Source of the DNA: Euryarchaeota archaeon UBA438
Lineage (GTDB): Archaea; Thermoplasmatota; Poseidoniia; Poseidoniales; Thalassarchaeaceae
Direction: 5' to 3'
Assembly: GCA_002504435.1 (NCBI GenBank)
Contig: DAQP01000036.1
Location: forward strand, 2,047 to 62,917
Length of the DNA stretch: 60,871 bases
Shown: positions 39,564 to 49,839 of the stretch, piece after piece
Numbering within the stretch: position 1 is the first letter of the stretch
Layout of the letters: every line of letters starts with the position of its first letter
Notes under the pieces: generated by a model
Databases searched by the model: none
Seen by the model: only the letters and a program-made list of their open reading frames with translations
Told to the model about the DNA's origin: nothing
Translations under genes and position numbers: made by a program

Positions 39564-40537
39564 CCCAAAAGTTCGCTTACTGCAGCCCGCTCTTCTAAAA
39601 GTGCAGCGACATTCTCATCAATTTTTGACTGTGCAAAAGTGTCTACAGGAAGGTCTTCCACCACAACCACGTCGCCATTTTCACATCGACATGGAAAACT
39701 AAACACAAGCCCTTCAGGAACCCCATACCAACCCTCCGATGGGAGGGCTACAGAAACTATGCGTCCATTCGAACCTTGCCACCAGTCACGCATGTGGTCG
39801 ATGGCAGCGGAGGCGGCGGAGGCAGCCGATGACGCTCCTCGTGCTACGATAATTTCCTTCCCCCTAGTAGCTACAGTATCTAGGAAAGGACCTTGGAACC
39901 ACTCATCTTCGAATAATTCTGTTGCCATTTTACCATCCACGGTCGCAAATCGCGGGTCTGGGTACATCGTGTTAGAGTGATTGCCCCAGATGAATACATC
40001 ATGAATTTTCGAAGCAGGAACTCCTGCGCGCTCAGCTATCTGCCCCACTGCTCGATTTTGGTCAAGACGGGTCATAGCTGTAAATTGCCGGGAGGGTATA
40101 CTCGGCGCGTTCGCACAGGCAATTAGCGCATTGGTGTTGCAAGGATTGCCGACAGTAATAACCCTCACATCAGGTGAGGCTACTGCATCGATTGCCTTTC
40201 CCTGGCCGACGAAAATCGGACCATTCGCAGCCACTAGGTCCGATCTATCCATATCTTTCGTCCTGGGTCGTGAACCAACCAGAAAAATTGCATCGGCCCC
40301 TTCGAATGCAATTTGGGGGTCATCCGTGCCAACTATGCCGTGAACCAGGGGGAATGCAGAATCCTTCAGTTCCATCATTACTCCTTCTAAACGTTGCATT
40401 CCAGGTGGTATCTCAAGTAGCTGAAGGGCAATTGGCTGATTTGTTCCAAAACAATCGCCACTGGCTATCCGCCATAGCAGTGCATATCCAATGTTACCAG
40501 CTGCACCCGTAACGGCAACACGAATCGGTTTTTTCAT
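39560..40537 (-). CDS. mdh: Malate dehydrogenase (dimeric bacterial/cytosolic type)
   Basis: [17 protein letters not shown]...[31 protein letters not shown]. Confidence 0.95.
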   Translation of the reverse strand: MKKPIRVAVTGAAGNIGYALLWRIASGDCFGTNQPIALQLLEIPPGMQRLEGVMMELKDSAFPLVHGIVGTDDPQIAFEGADAIFLVGSRPRTKDMDRSDLVAANGPIFVGQGKAIDAVASPDVRVITVGNPCNTNALIACANAPSIPSRQFTAMTRLDQNRAVGQIAERAGVPASKIHDVFIWGNHSNTMYPDPRFATVDGKMATELFEDEWFQGPFLDTVATRGKEIIVARGASSAASAASAAIDHMRDWWQGSNGRIVSVALPSEGWYGVPEGLVFSFPCRCENGDVVVVEDLPVDTFAQSKIDENVAALLEERAAVSELLG

Positions 40538-40759
40538 TTCACCAACCTCTGCTCCCATGACTGCATTATCTCCATCGCCCTTTCCCATATGTCTCCCTCG
40601 TTCTCCGGCAATAGGATGGGAACTTAGCACTTTGCGATTCATCGCCTCCGAGAGAATCATATTCCCCCACCATTCATTCTCCGAAACCCTCGCGCCGACG
40701 GCTTCAATAAGCGTCTTCTTCTCGAATGTGTATCTGATTGGGCCTACGGCCCAACGGGA

Positions 40760-41929
40760 GTGATGACAATGCGCTTGGGAGTAGTCAAGGAGCCAGAAGG
40801 AGAAAATAGAGTTTCCATAGTTCCAAACTCGGTTACGAAACTAACCAAGCTAGGTTTTGAGGTACTGGTGGAGTCCGGTTCAGGAAGTAGCGCCAACCAC
40901 TCTGACGATGAGTACGAATCAAGAGGGGCAACAATAGTTTCCCGTGAATCCGCAATGTCCTCTGACATCATCATTTCAATCAGGATGCCCGAGACTTCAT
41001 CCATAGATGAGGGCACCATACTGGCCTGCGTCGCCGACCCGTTCAGGAATCCGGAGAGGGTCCGCGAGGCAATGGACGCAGGAATCACCCTGATGAGCAT
41101 GGATATGATCCCCAGGAGACTGTCAAGGGCCCAAGCAATGGATGTAAACTCCAGCCAAGACAACCTCTCCGGTTACAAAGCAGTTCTCCTAGGCGCAGCA
41201 CATGTGCCCAAGGGCATACCTATGATGACAACCAGCGCAGGAACAGTCAAGCCAGCGAAGTTCGTAATCATGGGGAGTGGTGTAGCAGGGCTACAGGCCA
41301 TAGCTACCGCAAAGCGTCTGGGTGCAGTGGTATATGCATCCGACGTTAGGAAGTCAGCTGCTGAGCAGATCGAATCAGTAGGTGGCAGGTTCATCGAGGT
41401 TGAGGGCATGGATGACTTCGAGGACGAGTCAGGCTACGCAAAGCCCCTGACTCCTGAGTTTATCCAGAAGGTAAATGATACGGTCTGCGAGGTCGCAAGC
41501 GATGCGGATGTTATTGTTACCACAGCTCGTATTTTCGGTAGACCTGCCCCCATTACGGTGCCTTCTACAGCAGTCGAGTCATTCAAACAAGGCTCAGTGA
41601 TAATTGACATGAATGCAGACGTAGGTGGAAACTGTGAACTCACTGTCCCAGGGGAGGTAACCAGCCAGCACGGAGTCACAATTGTCGGAATCGAGAATCT
41701 AGCCGGAACTATCCCTGCGACCGCCAGTATGCTTTTCTCAAACAACCTCACAAATTTTGTCAGTAGCTTGGTGAAGGATGGCAAGTTGGAGCTGGACATC
41801 GATGACGATATCTTGGTCGGTGCGCCCGAAGGATCTGACTTCCATATTCCCGGAATGGGAGGCGTTCTAATTTGCTCTGATGGCGTGATTCACCCTAAGC
41901 AGTCCCGGTTGTCGGAGGTGGTCGAATGA
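40760..41929 (+). CDS. pntA: NAD(P) transhydrogenase subunit alpha part 1 (dI)
   Basis: KE..GENRV, RAQAMDV.SSQ.NL.GY, GSGVAGL, GYAK, GGNCE. Confidence 0.93.
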   Translation: MMTMRLGVVKEPEGENRVSIVPNSVTKLTKLGFEVLVESGSGSSANHSDDEYESRGATIVSRESAMSSDIIISIRMPETSSIDEGTILACVADPFRNPERVREAMDAGITLMSMDMIPRRLSRAQAMDVNSSQDNLSGYKAVLLGAAHVPKGIPMMTTSAGTVKPAKFVIMGSGVAGLQAIATAKRLGAVVYASDVRKSAAEQIESVGGRFIEVEGMDDFEDESGYAKPLTPEFIQKVNDTVCEVASDADVIVTTARIFGRPAPITVPSTAVESFKQGSVIIDMNADVGGNCELTVPGEVTSQHGVTIVGIENLAGTIPATASMLFSNNLTNFVSSLVKDGKLELDIDDDILVGAPEGSDFHIPGMGGVLICSDGVIHPKQSRLSEVVE

Positions 41930-42246
41930 GCCTTACTCTAGGAGCCTTGGTGGGCAGCATCACAGTTTTCGTATTGGCAATTTTCCTCGGATTTGAGCTA
42001 ATCAGCAAAGTTCCCGCCACCCTGCACACCCCTCTGATGTCTGGAGCCAACGCCATATCTGGAATCACCATAGTAGGAGCCTTGATTTTGTCAAACTCGT
42101 CGTTCGATGGTGCGAACACCGATGTCGCAGCCCTGTTGGCCTTCATCGCCCTTGTTATGGCCACAATCAATGTGGTTGGCGGTTTTATGGTTACGAACAA
42201 GATGCTCGGAATGATAGCCGGACGACGTAGGAAGGGAGGGGAATAG
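41926..42246 (+). CDS. NAD(P) transhydrogenase subunit alpha part 2
   Basis: VPATLHTPLMSGANAISG, NVVGGF.VT.KML. Confidence 0.95.
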   Translation: MSLTLGALVGSITVFVLAIFLGFELISKVPATLHTPLMSGANAISGITIVGALILSNSSFDGANTDVAALLAFIALVMATINVVGGFMVTNKMLGMIAGRRRKGGE

Positions 42247-42247
42247 A

Positions 42248-43675
42248 ATGGTCGATCCAGTTGTTTGGGATATCGGCTATCTGATATCAGCGTCATTGTT
42301 CATTATCGGCATAAAGAGACTATCGAGCCCTAGGACCGCACCTGAGGGGAACAGCCTAGGGGCAATGGGAATGCTATTGGCGGTATTGGTTACATTGGCT
42401 AAGCTTCAGACCGAGGGAGTCATAGGTTGGGAGTTGATTGTCGGTGGACTACTGGTTGGATCAGTAATTGGCTACCTGATGGCTACTAGGGTTGAGATGA
42501 CAGGAATGCCTGAATTGGTCGCGCTCTTCAACGGATTTGGCGGCGGTGCTTCAGCCTTAGTCGGACTTTCCGAGGCCATGAAGAGAATTCAAGAAGCGAA
42601 TATTCCGGAGCCCGGTGTCGAGCTCTATGCGATTTGGATTGCTATCGGCTTGTCTGGAATAGTGGGCTGGATTACCTTGACAGGGAGCCTGGTGGCCATG
42701 TACAAGCTCAAGGGAGGTTTCACAGTCCCATTCTCCGGCAAGTGGGTCAGATTCCCAACATGGGGGCCACCATGGCTCAATGCAGTTAAGGCGATCCTTC
42801 TAGTGACCTCATTCGTACTAATTTGGATGACTATCCAAGAGCCCTCCAATCAATCATGGATTTACGCACTGGCTCTTTCCTCGGGACTACTTGGAATATT
42901 GTTTGTTCTGCCTATAGGCGGTGCAGATATGCCAGTTGTCGTTAGCTTGTTGAACTCACTATCTGGTATCGCTGCCGCGTTTACCGGATTCGTGATCGGT
43001 AACAACGTGCTCATCATAGCGGGCTCGATGGTTGGGGCGGCTGGATTAATTCTCACATTCATTATGTGCAAGGCGATGAATAGGGAACTTTTCGATGTTC
43101 TTTTCAAAGCCTTTGGAGGTTCAGGGGAGAAGGATCAATTGACTAGGACCAAGGTAGGTAGCGACCCAGAGGAGGTCGCTATGGTACTTGACGGCGTCCA
43201 GAGAGTAATCGTGGTTCCTGGGTACGGTATGGCTGTCAGTCAGAGTCAGCACGCAGTCAAGGAATTTGCAGATCTAATGGAGTCTGAAGGGTGCGAGGTC
43301 CTGTATGCTATTCACCCAGTCGCTGGAAGGATGCCCGGACACATGAATGTCCTTCTCGCAGAGGCGAATGTTCCGTATGAGAAGCTGATAGAGATGGATG
43401 ACATCAATTCGGAGTTTCCCGACTGTGATGTGGCGTTGGTTATCGGTGCAAACGACACCACTAATCCCGCTGCTAGGACTGGTGAGGGGCCACTAGCTGG
43501 AATGCCAATTCTTGATGTCGATAAGGCAAATGTTGTGGTCATCATAAAGAGGAGCCTCTCTGTTGGATATGCTGGCGTGGATAATGATTTGTTCTATATG
43601 GATAAGACGATGATGCTTTTCGGCGATGGTAAGAAAATGATGAACGACCTCAACTCGTCAATCAAGGACCTATAA
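42248..43675 (+). CDS. pntB: NAD(P) transhydrogenase subunit beta
   Basis: MPELVA.FNG.GG, IGGADMPVV, PGYGMAV, HPVAGRMPGHMN, GANDTTNP. Confidence 0.96.
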   Translation: MVDPVVWDIGYLISASLFIIGIKRLSSPRTAPEGNSLGAMGMLLAVLVTLAKLQTEGVIGWELIVGGLLVGSVIGYLMATRVEMTGMPELVALFNGFGGGASALVGLSEAMKRIQEANIPEPGVELYAIWIAIGLSGIVGWITLTGSLVAMYKLKGGFTVPFSGKWVRFPTWGPPWLNAVKAILLVTSFVLIWMTIQEPSNQSWIYALALSSGLLGILFVLPIGGADMPVVVSLLNSLSGIAAAFTGFVIGNNVLIIAGSMVGAAGLILTFIMCKAMNRELFDVLFKAFGGSGEKDQLTRTKVGSDPEEVAMVLDGVQRVIVVPGYGMAVSQSQHAVKEFADLMESEGCEVLYAIHPVAGRMPGHMNVLLAEANVPYEKLIEMDDINSEFPDCDVALVIGANDTTNPAARTGEGPLAGMPILDVDKANVVVIIKRSLSVGYAGVDNDLFYMDKTMMLFGDGKKMMNDLNSSIKDL

Positions 43676-43747
43676 TGAGAGATGAGCATCATGAAACCAA
43701 GCAACGGTTATGAGTCTCTCACTGCCGAACATAGCTCGACAGCTACC

Positions 43748-44800
43748 ATGAACTCACCTGTGAAAAGACTCGCCGCGGTATTCATTGTAGTTGCACTATT
43801 AGCAGTCCCCGCGATGGGGATGAGCGCTGGCCCTAGTTACGAGAACGGCGACGGAGATCCAACAGTCAAGTACGGATGTTCATGCCATAACAATGGTGCT
43901 ACATCTGCTAGAGTGGTAGTCATGGTCACGGGAGTCCCAGTGATGTATGAGGCCAGCCAATCCTATGAGTTCACCATTACAGTAGCCGATGCACTAACTC
44001 TCTCCGGCGGAGACGGCAACAAAAAAGCTGGTTTCTTGATGACCTCTGAGTCCAATGGAGCCTTCAGCTGGGCCGATGATCAGGATATCAGGCAGGCCGA
44101 CGGCGCTCCCGACGACATCTCCCACTCAGACCCTGACTCGGATGGCATCTGGAGTGTCGTTTGGACCGCTCCCCCAGAGGACGTTGGCCCCATCTATTTC
44201 TGGCTAGCAGGTAACTCTGTAGATGGAGCAGGGGTACCTGACGAGTCCGACTACTGGAACATCCTGTCATTCTCAATCAATCCCCCTGGAACAGTATCGT
44301 CGGATGAATCAGGCGCTACTCTGGATACTAGAACAATATCTGTAGGCGACTATGACACCCTCTTTGTGGTAGAAGAGTCCGATGCCCAGAGGGAAGCAGA
44401 AAGACAAGAGGCATTGTCCCATGCCGTTTTCTCACAGGGCAATCTTTTCTTCTGGACCAGTCTCGTAGCCCTCATTTTCGGAGCTCTTCTTCAACGAGAG
44501 ATCTTGGAGAGAAGATACGATGAGGGCCCTGAGTTCCTCGCAATGGAATTGGCATACCCACAGGCTATCCGAAGGTCGCTTCTCAGCATCGCCTCATTCA
44601 TCGTTGCAGTTAGATGGACTGCTTCAGACTCCGCGATTTACTTCCCTCCCCAGGCCGTCGTTAAAGAGGGAACCAATGTCACTGAACTGACTGGTTTCTT
44701 GATAGGATGCGCCTTCTTTACAAGCGCGATGTTCGCCTACGGCGTATACAGAACAATTCTGGCCGCAAGAGCCGAACAATCAGTCAGGGATCGCTTGTGA
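43748..44800 (+). CDS. Membrane-anchored Reeler/choice-of-anchor-V-like protein with CxCH motif
   Basis: Signal peptide, GCSCH, WTAP...WLAGNSVDG.GVP, C-terminal TM helices; paralog of 4-813. Confidence 0.65.
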   Translation: MNSPVKRLAAVFIVVALLAVPAMGMSAGPSYENGDGDPTVKYGCSCHNNGATSARVVVMVTGVPVMYEASQSYEFTITVADALTLSGGDGNKKAGFLMTSESNGAFSWADDQDIRQADGAPDDISHSDPDSDGIWSVVWTAPPEDVGPIYFWLAGNSVDGAGVPDESDYWNILSFSINPPGTVSSDESGATLDTRTISVGDYDTLFVVEESDAQREAERQEALSHAVFSQGNLFFWTSLVALIFGALLQREILERRYDEGPEFLAMELAYPQAIRRSLLSIASFIVAVRWTASDSAIYFPPQAVVKEGTNVTELTGFLIGCAFFTSAMFAYGVYRTILAARAEQSVRDRL

Positions 44801-44801
44801 C

Positions 44802-45524
44802 ATGTCTGAATACTCACCCCCAAGGTCCGATTCGAACCCCTACTCCCACATCTCAGAGCTCCACTCCATATTCAGGAAGACCTCCGTTCTACTAATTTTC
44901 TCAGCCGCCCTGTGGTCAACGGCATCCACTTCAATGATCAATGAGTGGATTTCTTCACTCTCTCTATCATATCCAGAGTCCGGTATGGCCATTTACTCCC
45001 CAATGGATTGGGTAGAGGTAAGGTGGACGCTAATCCTTTTGTTCTCGTCTCTTTCAGTATTGCCGTTTTTCTCGATTCTAATGTACAGATTCGTGAGCCC
45101 CGGCCTATACAGGGATGAGAAGAAGTGGGTCTCTGTAGTCCTCATCAGTTTCTCAATTATTGCACCTCTGGCTACAGTGGCCATTTGGACAGGGGGAATC
45201 TCAGCATTCTTCTCCCTCTCAGAATCATTAGGCCCAATTGATGGGGTCGATGAAAGGTACGATGTCACTCAAATTATCTCATTATCCATCGGAATAACAT
45301 GGGTCGTTCTCATCTGTTCAATCACGGCAATTTCTCTCTCAATGTCGAGATTATTCCTAGGATCAGAGGGAGGCTGTACCAGATTCAGAATTAGACTTCT
45401 GTTAATCTCTACGGGAATCCTAGTGTTGACCCTCCCCGTGATATATGACGGCCTGAGAATCGCTATCGCTGTGATTACAATATTTATTGCAGACCAGTCA
45501 TCAAGGATTGTCCCTATTCGCTGA
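44802..45524 (+). CDS. TatC-like membrane protein (divergent)
   Basis: HISEL, SPMD, FVSPGLYRDEK motifs; about six TM helices. Confidence 0.7.
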   Translation: MSEYSPPRSDSNPYSHISELHSIFRKTSVLLIFSAALWSTASTSMINEWISSLSLSYPESGMAIYSPMDWVEVRWTLILLFSSLSVLPFFSILMYRFVSPGLYRDEKKWVSVVLISFSIIAPLATVAIWTGGISAFFSLSESLGPIDGVDERYDVTQIISLSIGITWVVLICSITAISLSMSRLFLGSEGGCTRFRIRLLLISTGILVLTLPVIYDGLRIAIAVITIFIADQSSRIVPIR

Positions 45525-45602
45525 AAACAGGTCCTTGATATATTTACGTCAAACCACTCAAATCTACATTTACTTGAAAGGCATGCCTGACACCCGAAAG
45601 TC

Positions 45603-47576
45603 GTGAAGTCAGTTAGGTATGCGACTGCATTAGTCCTTATTCTACTAGCGGCACTGATCAATCTTAACCCGGATTCCGTAGATCCAACCAATGCCTCCCA
45701 GATAGACCCCAATGCAGGAGAAACTGACCTTGTCGGTTTGCAAGAGAGTGAGGAATGGCTCGTCCTAAGGGTCGCATTTCCAGATAAGCCACACAGTGAT
45801 TCAAAAATCGACAATATTTTCGACACCGATGAAGACGGCTCACCTCATATGTCTGCTTCACAATATGTCGCTCAAATGTCAGGTGGATTGTCATCATTGG
45901 AGGTCACAATCTCGGAAGGAACATGGGTTTCCCAAATGGACGAAGGATTCTGGGGCGCAGACTCCTCAGGAATTAGGGACTCGGGACTAGATGGAAGGGG
46001 GGTTGAGGGACTAGTCGAGGAATCGGTTGAAGGTCTCCTTGACGGAGTCAACCTGTCTAAATGGGACTACAACAATGATGGATTAGTTGATAGATTATTG
46101 ATTCTACACTCTGGATCGGCTCAGGAGTCAGGAGCTTCTTCAGACTCCATATGGAGCCATTTTTCTGAACTACAGGACCCGATAAAGGTAGGAGAATGGA
46201 CAATTGGCCATTATACGATTTCGTCTCTCGATTCAGGAATGGGGACCGTTGTTCACGAGATGCTTCACCAGATGGGGGCACTAGACCTCTATGATGTCCA
46301 TTCAGAGCTCCCCTCCAGTACGTGGAATGGGCTTGGGGACTGGGACATCATGGCTAGTGGGAATTGGAACGACAATGGAAGGACCCCTTCCATGCCGGGG
46401 TCCTCCACGCTGGATTTGATCGGAGCTCATGGAGTCATTGATGTAGATACAAAAATCGATGGAACATACGTAATAGCCCCAATTAGTAGTACTTCAGGAG
46501 GAACGAGAATCCTTTCTCTCGAAACAGCTCCGGGCGAGAGGGTACTAATCTCGCTCCGCTCGGATATTGGATTTGACTCGGCATTGCCAGGCCATGGTAT
46601 CTTGGTAGAGTATCAAGACATGAATAACGGGAACTCCGCCGACAATACAGTAAATCATGATCCGAACAATGCTTGGGCTATAATCATAGAAGCAGATGGC
46701 GACGATGCACTTCTCAGGAATAGGGACTCTGGGAGCGAGGGAGACGTCTTCTCACTAAACGACACATTCGGAAACACAGGTATCAGAATCAAGGATAACA
46801 GGGGGAGATTTGTGCACTGGACAGCCACAGTTACTCAAATCTCCAATAATTCGGCATCAGTAGAAATATCCACGCCATCAACCCAAACAACATCAGTCCT
46901 GACTCAGAGAAACCCCTTGCAGCTTCTCGAAGGAGAATCGTCCTTTGCCACTGTTTTCACCCCCGTTCAGTGCAACCTTATCGTCAATGTCAGTGCAGAC
47001 CTCGGGACTTCAACTGCGGTTGAGATAGACCTCCCTGCAGGATCGTCAGATGTTCCCATCTTACGCTATTCAGACACATCTTTGTCTCTGGGGACATTGT
47101 CGGGGACTATTGGCTGCGAGGGCGACACTCCTGTCACGATAAGATCGGATTGGCAGAAGATAGGAAACCGAGTACCCCCCCAATCACTCGAGGCCGTAAT
47201 CAAGTGGGACGAGCCATCCTCTATTTCGCTAGACTTGGAATTTGAGGGCGAGGGCCCAAGAGAGTATGATATCGGAATAGAGGGCGCGGCTAGCAGAATA
47301 GCCAAAATTTCTCATCAGGGCGAGATTTCTCCAGGCGACCATCTGATAGTTGAGATAGATCCAATGGGCCTGATGGAATCAGGGATGTATGCCAGAGGAC
47401 AGGTCGTATTTCAGGATGAATTTGGCCTGGAGCAGAGGATAGACATACTCCTAATTGCAGAATCACCTTTCACTGGTGATGGTTGGTTGGCATGGCTATC
47501 GACTCCCTCTAATGGGCTTCCAATCGTCTGCATCCTACTGGCAATATCTGTGATTACAGGCTCAAAAAAGGAATGA
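45603..47576 (+). CDS. M6-family (immune inhibitor A-like) secreted metalloprotease, membrane anchored
   Basis: HEMLHQMG..DLYD, GLG.W.IMASG.WN, D..NDG.VD; C-terminal TM helix. Confidence 0.88.
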   Translation: MKSVRYATALVLILLAALINLNPDSVDPTNASQIDPNAGETDLVGLQESEEWLVLRVAFPDKPHSDSKIDNIFDTDEDGSPHMSASQYVAQMSGGLSSLEVTISEGTWVSQMDEGFWGADSSGIRDSGLDGRGVEGLVEESVEGLLDGVNLSKWDYNNDGLVDRLLILHSGSAQESGASSDSIWSHFSELQDPIKVGEWTIGHYTISSLDSGMGTVVHEMLHQMGALDLYDVHSELPSSTWNGLGDWDIMASGNWNDNGRTPSMPGSSTLDLIGAHGVIDVDTKIDGTYVIAPISSTSGGTRILSLETAPGERVLISLRSDIGFDSALPGHGILVEYQDMNNGNSADNTVNHDPNNAWAIIIEADGDDALLRNRDSGSEGDVFSLNDTFGNTGIRIKDNRGRFVHWTATVTQISNNSASVEISTPSTQTTSVLTQRNPLQLLEGESSFATVFTPVQCNLIVNVSADLGTSTAVEIDLPAGSSDVPILRYSDTSLSLGTLSGTIGCEGDTPVTIRSDWQKIGNRVPPQSLEAVIKWDEPSSISLDLEFEGEGPREYDIGIEGAASRIAKISHQGEISPGDHLIVEIDPMGLMESGMYARGQVVFQDEFGLEQRIDILLIAESPFTGDGWLAWLSTPSNGLPIVCILLAISVITGSKKE

Positions 47577-48656
47577 CTACCTTTTGCTTGGGTTACTCCA
47601 CCTTGAGTCCGCAGGAGGCCGCGATATCTTGAGGAATCCCCAGTCGCCAGCATCCACATCTATCGGACAAACCCAATGCTTGTTTACGCCAGAGGCAAGT
47701 CTGGAAGTCAAACACGCCCTGGCCCAATTACCCACCACCTTCTCCTTGTCGTCTGGGTCATTGATTAACCATGGAGCATGATCCTCCCCCACAGAACCAG
47801 TATAGCATCTCCAGGTTGTTCCGAATTTGAATCCGGGACGAGTATTGAGGCCCCTGTCCCATAGTTCCTTCAACAAGCTAGCTGTCCTAGTCAAACCGAG
47901 ATCCGGATTAGTAATGCCAGTCGAGAAACTATCAACGTGGAAGTCCTTTGAAGGGCGACCTATGAAATGCACGAGTTCTCTTTCAACCCAATCCAACTGA
48001 CGCCCACCGTGAATTGAAACGCCGATAGTTTCCGATGGCCACACCTGGATATCCGCGAAGAACGCACCACCAGTGTGGGTTTCAGCGTAGCTATAGGATG
48101 AGATTTCCTCAAACACGTCATTAGATGGAGGAACTAGCTGTCCATTAGGGTCGGCCATTGACAAGTGGTATGTGACTACAGACATCTCTTCATCGATAAC
48201 TAATGATTCTGCCACTCTCCCCCTATTTTCTACCTCTTTTGTCCACTCGTAAAGCTCGCTCCCATCAAAGCCCTCTTCCGATGTGAACCATCTTACCTCT
48301 GCAACCGGGGGATCTTTCCTTGGATGCATATCCGACTCCCACCTAAGGCCCCATGTTTTCTCTGAGTATTCAAGTCCCATATGTTCGAGGTTGCTCTTGA
48401 GAACAACCTTGTTCCCAGGTACCCTAAGGGCCTCCATAATCGCACCTTCGGCTATGACATCACTGTATTCATTCGTTACATTGAGAATCCAGTCATCACT
48501 TGGCAACTCAACATGCCTGTGGTCCCTGCAGAAAATCAACTCACATGCCTCTAGAACCAGTCCACCTCCGGTGATCGGTCTTCCAATGGCCGACTTATGC
48601 CACAACCTCTCGGCTGCGGGACCATCGTAGATCCACCCCCCCTCGACGCGTTCCAT
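47577..48656 (-). CDS. endA: tRNA-splicing endonuclease (two-domain euryarchaeal type)
   Basis: RPGFKFGTTWRCY, EDHAPW and RLASGVNK supply the Tyr/His/Lys triad; start set at ATG 48656. Confidence 0.8.
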   Translation of the reverse strand: MERVEGGWIYDGPAAERLWHKSAIGRPITGGGLVLEACELIFCRDHRHVELPSDDWILNVTNEYSDVIAEGAIMEALRVPGNKVVLKSNLEHMGLEYSEKTWGLRWESDMHPRKDPPVAEVRWFTSEEGFDGSELYEWTKEVENRGRVAESLVIDEEMSVVTYHLSMADPNGQLVPPSNDVFEEISSYSYAETHTGGAFFADIQVWPSETIGVSIHGGRQLDWVERELVHFIGRPSKDFHVDSFSTGITNPDLGLTRTASLLKELWDRGLNTRPGFKFGTTWRCYTGSVGEDHAPWLINDPDDKEKVVGNWARACLTSRLASGVNKHWVCPIDVDAGDWGFLKISRPPADSRWSNPSKR

Positions 48657-48732
48657 GGCATTACGATGGCATCCCAAACTTGATTCCGTCGGTCTAGTAA
48701 GTATCATTCGCCTTGACCCACACGCAATAGCC

Positions 48733-49791
48733 ATGGGGTCGACGGAAGAAGGCAGATCGGAGGCTGAGACATTAAGGAGACTCGGCTCCTTGATTGAGGA
48801 TGTTGAGGGAACGAGAGTGACACTCATAGGAGATGTGATGTTAGATAGGTACCACCATGGGTATGCCAACAATCTCAACTCAACAGCCCCTGTTCCAGTA
48901 CTGCGTATTATCAGATCAGAAGAATCACCGGGTGCGGCTGCTCACATTGCTAGGGGCCTAAACTCGCTTGGGATGGATGTCGATTTCTTCTCCAGCGTGG
49001 GTGACGATGAAGAGGGAGGGAGAATTCTTGAGATGCTTTCTGGAGATGGAATTTCCACAAAGGGAATTTCAGTTGTTGCAAATCGCCAGACTCTGACAAA
49101 AATTAGATTTTATGGCAGTAGGGAGAGCCTTTTGGATCAAAGCCAGGTCTTACTACAGGCCGATAGGGGGCCACTGGACGAATTGAACGAGTCGATAAGC
49201 GACGGGCTAATTAGTGCCGCATTGGAATCTATGCCCAACAGTAGAGCAATTGTGTTGTCAGATTACCACAAGGGCGTGATAACAGAGTCGGGTGCATCGA
49301 AGCTGATCTCCAAGGCCAAGGAATTGGATCTCCCATCCATAGTCGACCCCAAATTAACAGGGCTATCTAGGAGCAGGGGTGCTGATGTTGTGATTTTTGG
49401 CATGAGGGGGCTAGAACTTCAAAGGAGGAGGCTAATGATGGATAATTTTTCGGATACAGCTTCTGAACTAATTTCAACATATGATTGGGGGGCGATTCTG
49501 GTCCTTGGCGGAGTAGATGGAATCAACCTCTACCTCCGCGAGGGCGAGGAGCTATCCATTCCATGCCGTGCAAATGCTCCACGTCAGCAGATCGGACTTC
49601 ATGATGCCGCTGCTACAGCCTTAGCTGCAGCTCTCGGAAATGGCCTTGACATATACGATGCAGCTTCTCTCGCAGCCGCTGCCTGTGAATGTGTTCTCAC
49701 GGCCGAGTCCAGTCATGAGTTCGTCAATAGGGACACTCTAGGAATCTGGTTAGAAGAGCTATCCTGGAAGCTACAGATTTCTGATAGATGA
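48733..49791 (+). CDS. PfkB-family HldE/RfaE domain I-like protein with degenerate motifs
   Basis: IGDVMLDRY, APVPVL, LSDYHKG, VDPK; anion-hole motif reads QIGLHD. Confidence 0.8.
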   Translation: MGSTEEGRSEAETLRRLGSLIEDVEGTRVTLIGDVMLDRYHHGYANNLNSTAPVPVLRIIRSEESPGAAAHIARGLNSLGMDVDFFSSVGDDEEGGRILEMLSGDGISTKGISVVANRQTLTKIRFYGSRESLLDQSQVLLQADRGPLDELNESISDGLISAALESMPNSRAIVLSDYHKGVITESGASKLISKAKELDLPSIVDPKLTGLSRSRGADVVIFGMRGLELQRRRLMMDNFSDTASELISTYDWGAILVLGGVDGINLYLREGEELSIPCRANAPRQQIGLHDAAATALAAALGNGLDIYDAASLAAAACECVLTAESSHEFVNRDTLGIWLEELSWKLQISDR

Positions 49792-49839
49792 GGAACATGA
49801 ACCCAACGGGTTCAAGACATATCCTATAGGGCCACGAAC

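Noticed and set aside
48655-48878. Apparent head-to-head overlap of endA and the HldE-like gene
   Set aside because: Resolved by using ATG 48656 (-) and ATG 48733 (+)
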